In this document: piece by piece, positions 12,039 to 24,440 of the stretch
Layout: each line of letters starts with the position of its first letter
Numbering within the stretch: the first letter of the stretch is position 1
Assembly (NCBI GenBank): GCA_000708835.1
Contig: DF237347.1
Location: 1-64,000 of the forward strand
DNA: 64,000 nucleotides
Direction of reading: 5' to 3'
Source of the DNA: Klebsormidium nitens
Lineage: Eukaryota > Plantae > Klebsormidiophyceae
Position numbers and translations under genes: made by a program
Notes under the pieces: model-generated
Databases searched by the model: none
What the model was told of the DNA's origin: nothing
Seen by the model: only the letters and a program-made list of their open reading frames with translations

Positions 12039-12513
12039 AACTGAGAAGGCTGCTTAGAAATACATGTAGCAACCAGCTTGCTGTGGTAACGTCACCTTGA
12101 CGTCATCTTCAAATCCTTCTATAACCAACTCTGAAAGGCTGTGCCCAAGACTGATTCGATGATCCTTTTGGAGAGGGCATCGCGTGCCACTGCTCCAAAA
12201 GCGGTTTTTAATCCGTCGACTTGTGTATTCACGCGACAGAAAAGGGATTACGACCAGCCATACTAAGACTTACTGCGCAGCATCTCGGAAGCTTTTGTCC
12301 AGTTCTTCGGCCTTGGGGGATTTTGTCTGCAGCTTCGTCACGCTTCGAGACGGGCTGGCTGGTTTTTTCCCCATTTGTTCCATCACGATGACCTCACGTT
12401 CTTGCCCATCAAAGCGCAGCAGGGTCGACTCTCTGCCGATCTTCGAAGATGACGTCCAGGTGACGTTACCACAACAAGAGTGCTACATGTAATGTTGAGT
12501 AGCCTTTTCAGCT

Positions 12514-12605
12514 GTCGGTGTAGCAACAAACCCCCTCGTGAATAAGCATGCTGGTCGTCGGACACAAAGCGCGCTTGGTCGCCGGTTCAATACTGGCCGC
12601 CGACA
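12514..12605 (+). ncRNA. tRNA-like element copy 2
   Basis: GTCGGTG/CGCCGAC 7-bp acceptor stem; fully paired T-stem GCCGG/CTGGC with loop TTCAATA; T4 at 12622-12625. Confidence 0.6.
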
Positions 12606-12981
12606 CCCTATGACGAAAACCTTTTGGATCTTTGAAGCTTAGTCGCCGCAGCTAGAGCGTAAGTCATCGTAAATCAGTGTCTGTTTTCAGAACAGCTTCG
12701 AAAGCATGTGATGATGTGATGATCTTTCTGGAGAGGACTCACAGACAGCGTCTCCTTCGTCAACTTGTATGCTTCACGAGGTTTTCCAGATGCTTTTGTT
12801 CACCGTATCCAGTTTTTCTAGCGTTGATCTCCAGCTTCGTCTAGACGGGATGCCTTTGTTGCTTTGCGGTGGCAATATTGGCAGAAAGTCGACTTGTTCA
12901 GTCCACGTGTTCGAATTGACGTTGAGGTGACGTTACCGCAGGAAGATAAGCTACATGTATCTTTAAGCAGCCTTCTCGGTT

Positions 12982-13082
12982 GTCGGTGTAGCAACACACC
13001 CCCTCGTAAACTAGCATGCTGGTCGTCGAACGCAAACCGCGACCCGGGTCCTTGGTCGCGGGTTCGAAACTGGCCGCCGACA
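12982..13082 (+). ncRNA. tRNA-like element copy 3
   Basis: Same acceptor stem and B-box-like GGTTCGAAAC; T5 at 13100-13104. Confidence 0.6.
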
Positions 13083-14340
13083 CCCCGTGAGAATCTTTCT
13101 TTTTCTCAAACCTACCAAGGCCTTCACTCCTTCTTTCGAGGCAATACCAATCTACTACTGTCTGTGGAGAGGGCTTCGCATGCACATGCTTCAGAAATGC
13201 GTCTCCTTCGTCGACTTGTGCTTCATGAGTCACAAGGGTTTTGACGTACCACAAATCGTGACGAAGCAGCAACTTGGAATCTTCTGTTCAGGCCTAGCCA
13301 GTCATTCAGACGCTTAGAATGTTAGGTTGCAGCTTCACAAACTAACAATCCCAGCACTATTGTCTGGACACATAGTTTAGGTTACACGTCAATAGGGGCT
13401 GGCTTCATTTTCTTTACGGTGTCCTGATCCCCAACATCTGATACTATGATAAGCCCGCACGAGTCTGCAGTGACAGTAGCTGTTATGTACATGCAGTGCA
13501 TGACGGCGGATCCTTCGGGGCGAGGGAACTTCATTGAATTGGATCATTTCGCGTGCATCATTTAAGGTGACGGTATGATGACGGCGAATGATAACCCGAA
13601 AGTGACCATGCACTCAAATAGAGTCGGTCCCGTACGTTCGAAGACGCGTATACTGGCTGTAACATCGTGGTGCATTCTGTACAACCAAACAAGGATATGA
13701 TTTGATCTTGAAGTGGATCAATGTGCATGCAGCTCGATTGCATGCTGGTCACATCGAAGCAATTCTATAAACCAGCATGCTCACTGCAAGCTCATGTGAG
13801 CTGCGATAAATGTTCAGGTTCATTGCTTTACGCGGCACTGGCATGCGTAGCTGGCATGACCCATCATACCTGCGCCGCACCGTCATCAGACGTCGCGGGC
13901 CGCCGCCGCATAGATCCGGAACGTGGCCAAGTTGTCCATTGGGCCGAGGCGGCTGGGGCATTCGACATGCCCGGCCGGCCATATACGTTCTCCCACACAT
14001 ATCGTCGACCACCATGGGGAGGTCCGTCACCTTCACGTCGACACATCAACTACATGCAGTGGAACTTACTATCTGGCATAATCGACCTTACAACAATAAT
14101 TATTATTGAGCAGTGAGTCAATACACACCCATCAAGCTGCTACTGGTCGAGTGCTCGAGTTTCACGAAGTTGGAAACCTGGACCAAGGTCAATCACGTCA
14201 AAATTTGAACAGGTCGCAGTGGGCTGCAAATCGCACGCGTCGGCTCAGTGTGAGTTCTTAAAAAATACAACACGAACACAAGTCTAGTTTACTTTTTGAT
14301 TTTCTACTCAACACGGGAGGGACTGCCCACAAAACACGTC

Positions 14341-17300
14341 TCAACTCTTGGCTTGTCCAACTCGTTCGGCCCCTGAAAAGAGAGCGGCCCATCGTTCCGA
14401 ATCCGTGCCGGGGCCGTCACCCTGCAAAGAGTATCAATGGTGTCTTCAGACTTATTTCGGTCCTCGCCTTCACTCGGGAAGTATGGTTAGGGGTAGGGGT
14501 CGTACGCAATCTTTTGAATCTTTTGTGTCTCCTGGTCGGTCAGAAGCCCGAAATTCTAATAGGCAATTATGTGTCAAACAGAGGAGCAGCTGGGCCAGCA
14601 GAAACTACATTCTCCCCGAGGTACCACGTCCCTTTTCTGCCTTCAATCGGGTCTTACGAAGCATCCCTCCGCATGCAGAGCGACACCGAGCTGCAGAATA
14701 CTTCGAGGCCCTCTGCTGTTCGACAAACTCCCACAACCGGCCTCCAAAACCATGTCAAGACCTCTCGCAAGCTGACTTTGAAGCTGGAAGCGCAGAGACA
14801 AAGAACAACGCTTTGCAAGATAGCGGAGCTTTGGACCATGCTCGCTTACCTCAGCGCTGTTGATCTCGTAGATGTGCCCGTTGGTCGACTCCAGCTGCAG
14901 TGCTTGCAGGCAGGCCTCGGCTACGCTCAGCCGGCTGGCCTCCCCACGGAGCTTGTCCCCTGCACTCAGACGCAAAATCAGGCAATGAAGAAAGTCATTT
15001 TCCAGCTTTACGTTCGTCCCTGGCGTCTGCGTCGTACTTTCACTCAATAGGATCCGCAGTCGATCCGCGAACCCTTGGGCATCCGCCATCCCGTGCACCG
15101 GAGAAACGCATTGGCTTCTTTTGTCCGCAGAATGACCGCTTACCTTTGCTTAGAATGACCGCTCGTCTTGTGCCGCTGGCTGTCTTGAGGAGCGTGTTCA
15201 AGTCGTACGACGTGTATGGACCGTCCATTAGCCGACCCGCCCTGCACGAGTCGCAGTCGTCGAAGTTAGCGTGAGGATAACTCGCCGTCAACGAATAAGA
15301 GTGACGATGTTTCAAACTGACGAGAAATTGGGGCAGTGCATCACTTGACTTACCTTCGAGTCGAGCAAAGGTAGCAAACTCGCTCTCGAGTTGCTGACCG
15401 GACATTCAATACACTACGGAGAAGATGTGCGGAAGGTCGGAGCTGGACATACCGGAAGGCTTGCAAAGTGCTTCCACAAACGAGTCGAAGCCATCGGATC
15501 GCCTTTGAATGGCAAGGCGAGCAGTGGCGTTATCTGCTTGACGAAGTCCTCACCTGATGATCGTGAACGGGTGTCCCGACTTCTCCAGCATCTCCTCGCC
15601 GAGCTTCTTCCACTTAAGCACGCCGAATAGGTTAAGAATGCTGCAAGCAAGGGCGAAAGCGATTTGTTGACCGGCCCCGATCCAGAGCCGAACAACAAGC
15701 GACGACCGGCCATGGATGCTGAGCAAGAGGCGTCAGATTACGTCCAAGCACCGATTTCGGGTTTGAGACGGAACTCAGAAAGACTTTTCTCTATTGCAGT
15801 TTACGCATTCCCTTTGAAATATCGCATCTTAGAAGATACTCCCTGCCATCGGCAATGATTGCGTCCCAAAGAAGATCGATGCAGGAATTCATTCTAACTG
15901 GAATGTCCCCCCTTCCCAGGAAGACACCTAGAGAATCGAGCTTCTTCAGAAGGTCGTAGAGAAGCAGTCGCTTTCCACTAGCCTGAGAGGGCCAACGACT
16001 TACTTGTAAGGGAACGAATTGTAGCTCTCCACTCCAACGGACGAGACCAGCACAAACTTCTTGATCGACTTCGGGGTCTTCTCTAGCAGGTTCTTAAAGC
16101 CGTGGTAATCTGCAGAGGGCCAGAGATCCGGTTCGAAAGTCAGTGGTTGGTTCAGATTGACCACGCCGTACTCACTCACACGAGAGATCTCATCTCTCAA
16201 CGTCCCAAGAAACCCCTTTCTAAGAGGTTCAAAGCATTTACGCAAGACCCAGTGGTCCAGTTTGGAGCTTCACACAATCGGCCTCCATCTGGCAAGAACC
16301 ACTGAAAGCGTGAGGCAGAACACAGCACCAGAGAGCCACCTCTTGAATCCTTCGACTGCTTTCTCTAAGTCGCTTGAACACATTCTTAGTTTCACAAGCA
16401 ACTCACCTGTCTCCTCTGGTTTGCCTCCATCCCATCGTTTCGACGGGAAGGCTGTGGTCCCAGTACAGCAAATCACAGAGCCCACACCCTGCAAAAACAG
16501 CAATCTCTGTGAGAGCACTATTTGCCTTTCAAGAATTAAAAGCAGACATGAATCAGACTTCGAAGTCTGATACTTGCAACATGCCTGCAGGATCTACATT
16601 GAGATCCTAGCAAAAGACTCCTGGTAAGCCGGGGCCTCACCTCAAAGATCTCCGGTCGAAGTGTGTCTGGATGTCTTGTGTCAGCGACAAACATCTGCAA
16701 ATGAATGATATATCTCTTAAAGCTGCAGGTCCCACACGCGAGTTTCAGAAAGGTGGATAGAACAGGAGAAGCAAGGGCGTTTCCATTTTCAGCTGCACTC
16801 GAAACAAAACATGGTGACAACACGCCACCAACACGGAATTGCGGCAGATTGCAGTGGTTGTATCAGAGCCTCACTTGTATTGGGTCAGTACTCGGCAAGG
16901 TAAACACAAATACGGTTCTTGCGTAAGACTCCTGACCATTTCCTTTGAAGGCTGGACTCTGTTGGACTCCGCTGAACTCTATCGAATGTCCTGGTCACCC
17001 AAAAATGGATTGGCAGTGCCCCAAGCCTAGCCTTCACTTGTGACATCCTCCCTTGGGCAATCTTCCCAAGACAGTGGCCTGCCTCACCTCCAGCTGATCA
17101 TCGTGTTCGTGGCCAAAGATCTGCTCCGCTTTCTCCTTATTGCGCAGGACTGCCCTGACCTGGTGTCCGCGGTCCAGGAGATATGACACAACAATCTGAC
17201 CTGTTGTTCACAGAAGAGAAAGACATTTGAGCGCACAAGAAAGTGAGTGACAGCAGACAATCAACCCACTGCAGCGCCGATACTCCTTCAACAGATTATA

Positions 17301-17981
17301 CTTTTGAAGAAAGCGCTCTTGATTGCCCCTTGCACCATTTCAGCAAAACAAATGCAGGGTCGCTCAAACCCTCTGTTAGTGACCAGATACTGGTCTGGGC
17401 ACACTATGCTTTCCCACGACATCTCTGGAAACACATTTGGCACACATGACTGGTGAATCTGGACCTCAAAGCACTTCCTACGTTGCTGCTGTGTATAAAG
17501 AACAAAGTAAAACTTATTGTGACAGAAAAATAGCACAAGAACACAATAGCACCTTCTCAAAGAAATACAAAAAAAACAGGCCCAGATGAGGGCAAAACAA
17601 GTATCAGAAGAAGCTTGAAGTACACCGATTGTTCAAGGACTCACCCACGCCCCCTGTAGCGCCAACAACAAGTACAGGCTCGTCAATTTCCTTTGCTTTT
17701 GAAGGCCCGTCCGCCGCTGCCTGAGCAAGCACTTTTCCCCGCTCATTGCGTGCATAAGTTCTCTGGGGTAAGCTAAGCTTCGCAGCTTGGAAAGTTGAGG
17801 AAAACGCAGCTCCTTCTAGAAAAGTTTTCTTTCTTACAAGGTTTGCAGGTTTCTTAGGAGCACACAGTAGAGGAGATGTTGCAATTGCGGCTGCCCCGCA
17901 ACACTGTCTCCGGTTCAAACTTTCTTCCCCAAGGCTATTCACTATAAGCGCCGGAGCTCTGACGTTTGCAGTGGCTGCCAT
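14341..17981 (-). CDS. ROQH1: Chloroplast atypical short-chain dehydrogenase/reductase, ROQH1-like (At4g31530-like), 9 exons
   Basis: Exons 17981-17645, 17200-17088, 16694-16641, 16488-16407, 16109-16004, 15640-15554, 15241-15144, 14959-14850, 14421-14341. Motifs VLVVGATGGVGQ, VICCTGTTAFPSKRW, FVLVSSVGV, NLFGVLKWK, GRLMDGPYTSYDLNTLLK, SRLSVAEAC, GDGPG. N-terminal transit-peptide-like extension. Confidence 0.9.
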
Positions 17982-18184
17982 GTTGCTTTTCAAATCTACA
18001 AATGACAAACAGTGCAACAATGCAGGACCTTGAGCGCCGCATGAAGCTTTCTAGATTCTTTGTGTGCTCTCTTTACTCCTTAACCACCTTCAACCTTGCT
18101 CCCACCAATTTGCCTTGAGCAGATGCGGCTACAGCCTGAGCTCAGAGTCTCGGCCGGAGTCTAGCTGAGTCTAGCCTCTACTAC

Positions 18185-18405
18185 TAGAGCGGGGTCAAGG
18201 AGAATCAGGACCGGGGCCGGGGACGCTGTTGGAAGGGCTGACGTGGCGAGGTTTAGGGGCGAAACCCTGGGCGCTATAGGCTCTATTCGGCCAATCATGA
18301 GTAGGAAGGCCCCGGTCAAAACCCTAAAACCTCGCCACGTCAGCCCTTCCAACAATGTCCCCGGCCCCGGTCCTGAAATTACTGATTCTCCTTGACCCCG
18401 CTCTA
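18185..18405. mobile_element. Fold-back / MITE-like inverted repeat in the ROQH1-PUR7 divergent promoter
   Basis: Arms 18185-18258 and 18322-18405 are reverse complements apart from a 9-nt insertion, a 1-nt indel and a 2-nt mismatch. TA lies at both outer ends. Each arm carries TGACGTGGC and a TTTAGGG/CCCTAAAA motif. Confidence 0.75.
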
Positions 18406-18903
18406 CTGGTACTACCTAGTGTCTAGGTACTTGTGATGCAATGTTTAGCTAATCAGGGTGGTGATGTTTCCAAAAGATCATCTAACGGTTCTCAATCTTC
18501 CACGGATTTGTACTGCCATCTGGACGCCACCTAGGCTTTCTTTCACCAAAACCGTCCGATTGGATGCAGACACGAGTGGAGCCAACAAACTTTTGTTCCC
18601 CCGACTGCCGCTGTACATCACCCCTAATTGTGCATGCATGCAGCGAGACAGGCACCCCTAAAAACTCGTGGAACCCTAAATCTAGACAATGCCCTGCTGC
18701 AGCCTCAGGCACCTTGCAAAATTTCAAGGACAAGGTTTCGCCCAAAAAATCTGCGACTCAGTGCGAGGCGTTGCTGCATTTTTCCGTTCTCCTTGGCTGC
18801 CAGGCGGCAGCTGAAACAGAAAGGTTTCTCTTCAATGTGCACAGTCAAAGATCGACATTCTTCCGCGCCACTCCTCTATTGAAACAGTCCAAGTGACAAC
18901 AAT

Positions 18904-21900
18904 ATGGAGGCAGCATTGCGTGCCATACGATCTGAAACTTTTGCATTTCAATCTGCATTGTCGCACACCCTTCCTTACTCAAAGAGAACAGCAGCTGGCT
19001 TCTGCATAGAGCTCCCTAAACCTTCCTTTGGTGGTCCTTTCGCAAAGAGAACCTTATCAAGCGAAGGGAGGAAAAGCAAGGGTACGAGGAGTTTCACACT
19101 CAAGCAGGGTGGTGCAGTGGCGACCATGCAATCAGGTACATCTTTGGCATCATTTCATTGGTTGCAAGACGTCAGAGCCCTGGTGCAAGAAATCTCTGCA
19201 AAATTCTTTCAAATATTGCATTTTGGAGATGGAAGATACGTCGCAACACGTTACGAGCACGACCGGTATTCTAGGATAAGCCTTGATGAAGCTGCTTGAT
19301 GGCTGCTCAAGAGATTGCCCCATTAATTGTATCATTCACATATCCGCCTGATTGACCTGGATGCGGCATCCATTTTAAACAAATCTTTGCAGACAATTGG
19401 TTTCAACCACTTTGTCTTCATTGGTGTCATGACCTTTTGTACCAACTGATGTTTTTGCTGCAGAAAGGTCTTTGCCAGATCTTAGCCTTCGGCAGCCAGA
19501 GGTCGAAAAAGCGATCCAGGCTGCTTTGAGCAACTGCTTAGATAAGACGTGGCTCGAGAAGGAGATTCCCGTCCTGCAATCAAAGAAGGAAGGGAAGGTA
19601 ACCACCCACTCTTTTCCAGAAAGGCATACAGTGGACCAATTGAGGCTTGGGGCCTTATTGATCATTTGCAGGACTCAAGCCCCGGACACATCAATCTTTC
19701 AGGAAACAGATTTAGATTGTAGTGATGGATGTCTTCGACTGGATCGACTGGGATCGGTTTTATCAACTCATTGATAACTAATGCGTTCACGAAGTCCGAC
19801 GCACTTACTGGTGGTTAGGCTACTGTCAAGGTGCAATGGTTGGCCTTGTCGGAGTCACGTAATTCATTATTGAACTGTTGGTCTCAACTGTAGGTGCGAG
19901 ACACTTATGACGCAGGCGACAGGCTGGTGATTGTGACCACCGATCGTCAGAGCGCTTTTGACAGGATTTTAGCCGCAGTCCCGTTCAAAGGTCAGGTATG
20001 CTGCAGTCTCCTTGTGATAGCCTACCTGTCACCAATCCTAAGAGCAACAATCTGTTTGCTAGCGTCGGCATCAAAAAACGGAAACTGACTATCCATGTCC
20101 CGTGTTGCCGCAGTCTCTTGTGGCCTCCAAGAAATGCAAATCTGTATTGCACATAAGCTTCATTGCCTTCATTGAACAGTACGAGACCTGAAATAGGAGA
20201 ACTTTCTGGTGCAACTGAACACTCTAACTCGTTTTTGCAACAGGTTCTGAACCAGACCAGCGTGTGGTGGTTCGAGCAGACCCGGGATCTCGTCCCAAAC
20301 GCCTTCCTCTCGTCTCCAGACCCAAACGTCACCGTCTTTCAGAAGTGCAAAGTCTTCCCAGTGGAGTTTGTAGGTAATTGGCACAGAATTTCCTTCGTCT
20401 ATTGTACTGGAAGTTGACAGAGCAAGGCCCTGGTCCAATTAGCACAGATTTGAAAAGTAGGATCCGGTGATTCCCGATCAATTTGGAGATGGTTTAGAAC
20501 CTGATTGCCCACAGACTCGACCTCGTTCTTTCTTTCACGAGGCACTCGCTTGCCACCTCTCCAAGCGAGGTGGAGAGGTGGAGAGGTGCAAGATTTGTCT
20601 GTCAGACGAGCCAAACAGGGGGCAAGGTATTAGTCAGATGCAGGTCTCTTGATAAGTCGTCTTACCTTCTGCAGTACGCGGCTTCATCACGGGTACCACG
20701 AGCACGTCCTTGTGGACCGTCTACAACAAGGGCATCAGGAACTACTGCGGGAATGAGCTGGACGAAGGTGAGCATGCTCGATTAAAACGAAGCTGATTAC
20801 GATTCGGATGAAAGCAAAGAGCGGCTCTTCTGTTTCGTCCTGGGGACCAACAAACAAAATCGCTTCTCGAAGTGCGGAGGTTCGAGTGTAATGGTTTTCG
20901 AGCGGTGCTTTTCTCTTAATTCGAGGTCGATCCTGATCTTAGTCAAGTACAAAGGCCGCTTGCACATTTAGTAGATTCACCAGTCTCGCAGGTCTTTCAT
21001 ACCGCCCTGCTGTTGGAAACCGCATAATATCCTCTTTCGAGACTCACGTCTAGCCGTTTGGTCGAGATTCAGAGATAGATTCCAGCAGTCGCAACTGAGA
21101 AGCCCTCTGCACCATGCTTGGCATGGTTCAATTCGAAAACGCTCCCCGGTCTGTCCGTGCAGGAATGGTGAAGAATCAACGGTTGCCTGAGAACATCCTC
21201 ACTCCCACGACCAAGGCCGAAGACCACGACGCCCCCGTTTCACCCCAGGAGGTGAGATGAACTTTGGCCACCATCACTGTTCGTAAGACCGGATTGCTTG
21301 ATTTTGAGTTCAGTATCTCCTCGCAGTCTCCTCGCACGGAAATCTCGTAGATTGTATCCAAGGTAAGATTGTCTTGTTCGAGTCGGATTCATGTGGTCGT
21401 GCGTCCACATATGTTGAACTCCTTATCCCAGCTCTGCTGCAAGTACCAGAACCTTTTACCTTCTCAGATTGACCCTCAATGACGCTATTATCTCTTTTGC
21501 CAGTCATGAAGCTGTCTTTATCTGCTCATCAGCATTTTAGGCCCCCTCATTCCGTGGGAAAGGATATGCTCTCGTCTCGTCCTCAAACCCGTTCCTGAAC
21601 TCCGACGTTCTTCTTCTCAATAGATCGTGGAGCAAGGCCTAATGTCGAAGGAGGATTACGGATTCGTGGCGGAGAGGGCATTGGCGCTGTTTGCTTACGG
21701 CCAGGTGAGCACCTCAGCTCCCTGCAGGGTTGTTCAGCAGTGCAAGAACTTGCGTGAACGGTAGCAGTATTCCGTGTTTCTCCGAATTCCCTGGAAATGG
21801 GAGCAAGATTGGGAAGATGTTTCGGTGAGGTCGCACACTGAGTCGAATCCGCTCTGAGGCTGACGTGGCCTGTCAGGAACAGATCGAGCGTGCTCGAGTC

Positions 21901-24440
21901 TCATTTAAGTTGCCTGATGAAATCGCCAAACTTGCAAGGCTTTTTGCATGGTCTGAGTGACTTTTGGTGAGCATCCGCACTGCCCGAGCTGGGACGCGAC
22001 GCCTTTCGCTTTCACAGGCACGATTGAGTAGAGCTGTCCATAATGTGCGCGAAAGAATACTTTCGAGAAGGGCGGCCAGCGAGTGGTTTTCAGCAGCCGA
22101 CGCGCCTTATCCAAAAGCATTAATTTTGGAAAGAGTGGCCACAGTGCTCCCCACCCGAGGTCAAGAATCCACAAAGCGTTTGCAGCGCCCCAAACCAACG
22201 CCCGAGACCCTGCCGTATTAATAACATTCCCTTCTTTGATATGGCCCGCTTCATGCACCCGCAAAACCATTAAGGTGCTCCCGACACCCGCTTCTAAGAG
22301 CCCATATTCACGTCCGGAACGCCTGCTTCATCGAAAGTGGCGGCGGAGCGCGGCCTGCTCCTGGGCCCATAGATCCAGAAAGGCCCTCGGGTAAATGGGC
22401 GAAAAGACTTATCAGATTGCCCGTACTTACAACCAGACTGTCTGCCTACAGAAAGTGGCGGCGGAGCGGGGCCTGCTGCTGGTGGACACCAAGTACGAGT
22501 TCGGGAAAGCGGCGGACGGTTCGATTTTGCTGATCGACGAGGTGCACACTCCGGACTCAAGCCGCTATTGGCTCGCCTCCAGCTACGAGGAGCGGCACGC
22601 GTCTGGGCAAGAGCCGGAGAACATCGACAAGGTCGGCGAGCTTCACTTCCATCCGTTCTGCTGTTTTGTTCAGTTTGCTCCTGAACCTCTTGAGGAAATC
22701 TGTCCCTGTCTTTTTAGCTTGGGATATTCCTGCTCGCGCCTGGTGGGCCCAGTAGCGGTGCGATGCCGGCTTTTCAGTTGATTCAACGGCTGAGATTTCG
22801 AAGAACGAGAACCGAAGACTGGCCTCCAGTCAATTGTATCCGCGACTTGTTGAATGTGAGCCGTCCCCGGAGAACTGTACTTTCAATATATGGTCAATGC
22901 TCTGGAATATGCTCAAGAGGACAGTTGCCTTCCTGCTTGTGATCAGTAATACACAAGCTCACTGTGGGTCACCTTCTGCTAACCAGTTATTTGCGGTGCA
23001 GTCAAGCAGGCAGGTCGCTGAACGGCTGTTCTCACGTATGTGCAGGAGTTTCTGCGGCTCTGGTTCCGAGACAACTGCGACCCGTACAATGACGAGGTGA
23101 GACGCCTCACCAATCCACTGCGGCTTGCAACGTCATCATAAGGTCTCCGTGAGTGATCTGGGGGCCTTCTTCCGCATGACATGCTCCTGCGACATATGTA
23201 GCCGCACCTGCGACAAGTTTGCCCGGACACACCGGATAGACTGTCAAAGACGTGTAGCGCTCACAGCTCCTGGACCAAAGCCAAGAGGCTGAACAGTTGC
23301 TCTGCAACAAGAAGCTGCACCTCATTTCACCCGTCTGCAGTTCTCCCTTTCCATTTGACTGGACAATTATTACCATTGCGGCTTCTTAGGACTCGTGAAC
23401 CGAAGGATAGGCTCTTGGACTGGCTCAGCAAATGGTGCTCTATCGCTCCAGCCCAGTATCTTCGGCAGCGGCCAATTCACCTTGGACCCTGAAACAATCT
23501 CTAAGACAGAGACCCGAACTTGGTTTCCGTAGAATGGACACGGGCCCCACCTACGTTTTCTAAAACAACCTTTCCGCCGAGTCTTGTTGTTCGAAAAGCT
23601 GACTTTGTGGTCGTCTTCGCGCTTGTCCAGGTCCTACCAGAAGCTCCCAAAGAATTGGTGGCCGAGCTTTCGAGAAGGTAGCGCTCTCACTCTGTGCACA
23701 TTCAGACGCTATCTCAGCAAGGCAACAGTCTCAGGGAGCCACCTCGCAGCAAAGATTTGAGTCTGAGCTGCGTCGGCCAGATTAGAATCATCAGCGTCTT
23801 GCAGCTTGAACACTTGAGCTTCGCGAGAGATACGTCGTTCAAGGGTGTTTCATGGTGCAGATTCCATATCTACGGAATACGGATTCTCTTTATTTCACTA
23901 TTTTGCACTTCGCCGAGAGTCTTTTCCATTGCGCAATCCGGAGGACAATCCAGCAGATTCTCCCTTTGCAGACTCTTCGCTTTTTTGCAGGTATATTCTT
24001 TTGTACGAGACGATAACGGGGCAGAGTATACAGCTGCCAAACCTTCAGGTGAGATAGGGAAGGTTGCGGTCTCACTGCTGCTCATTGTGATTGACTTAGC
24101 AGAACAGGGACCATGTATGCGCGTTGCTTGGCAACCGAGTTTCATCACTTCTTCTTTGTTTCCCCTTAATTGCCCTCGTTAAACCTCCTCCTTCAAGTTT
24201 CGCATGTTCTCTCAGTATCTTGGTTCGATTCTAGTGTCACTGCTAGGAGCCGACGCAAAATTTGATGCATAGTCCAGCTCTCATATGCCGGTGTCGTTCG
24301 TGAAAGCCCTTACTAGAGAGATAGGTTCGAAGTTCGCAATTATCAATGGACCTGCGGATTGATGCGTCGCTGCTTTCTTGCAGGATCGCATACACGATCG
24401 GATCGTTCGGAACGTGAGGTCAAGTCTAGGGACCCAATGA
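18904..24440 (+). CDS. PUR7: SAICAR synthetase (phosphoribosylaminoimidazole-succinocarboxamide synthase), 12 exons, with transit peptide
   Basis: Exons 18904-19135, ~19464-19597, 19894-19995, 20244-20373, 20675-20767, 21163-21251, 21624-21704, 22452-22631, 23046-23096, 23631-23677, 23991-24048, 24384-24440. Motifs [73 protein letters not shown]. Confidence 0.95.

Noticed and set aside
11938-13082. Calling the tRNA-like units canonical tRNA-Thr(CGT), tRNA-Sec or a CRISPR array
   Set aside because: No valid anticodon stem or A-box, no TCA anticodon, and the repeats are few, long and partly inverted in a eukaryotic context.
13330-14200. TGCA/CATG-rich intergenic tract suggestive of a non-autonomous element
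   Set aside because: No TIRs, TSD or second copy identified in the window.
21905-21960. Other CTGATGA motifs (e.g. 21914, 48535, 63576)
   Set aside because: No correctly placed GAAA and stems; not hammerheads.
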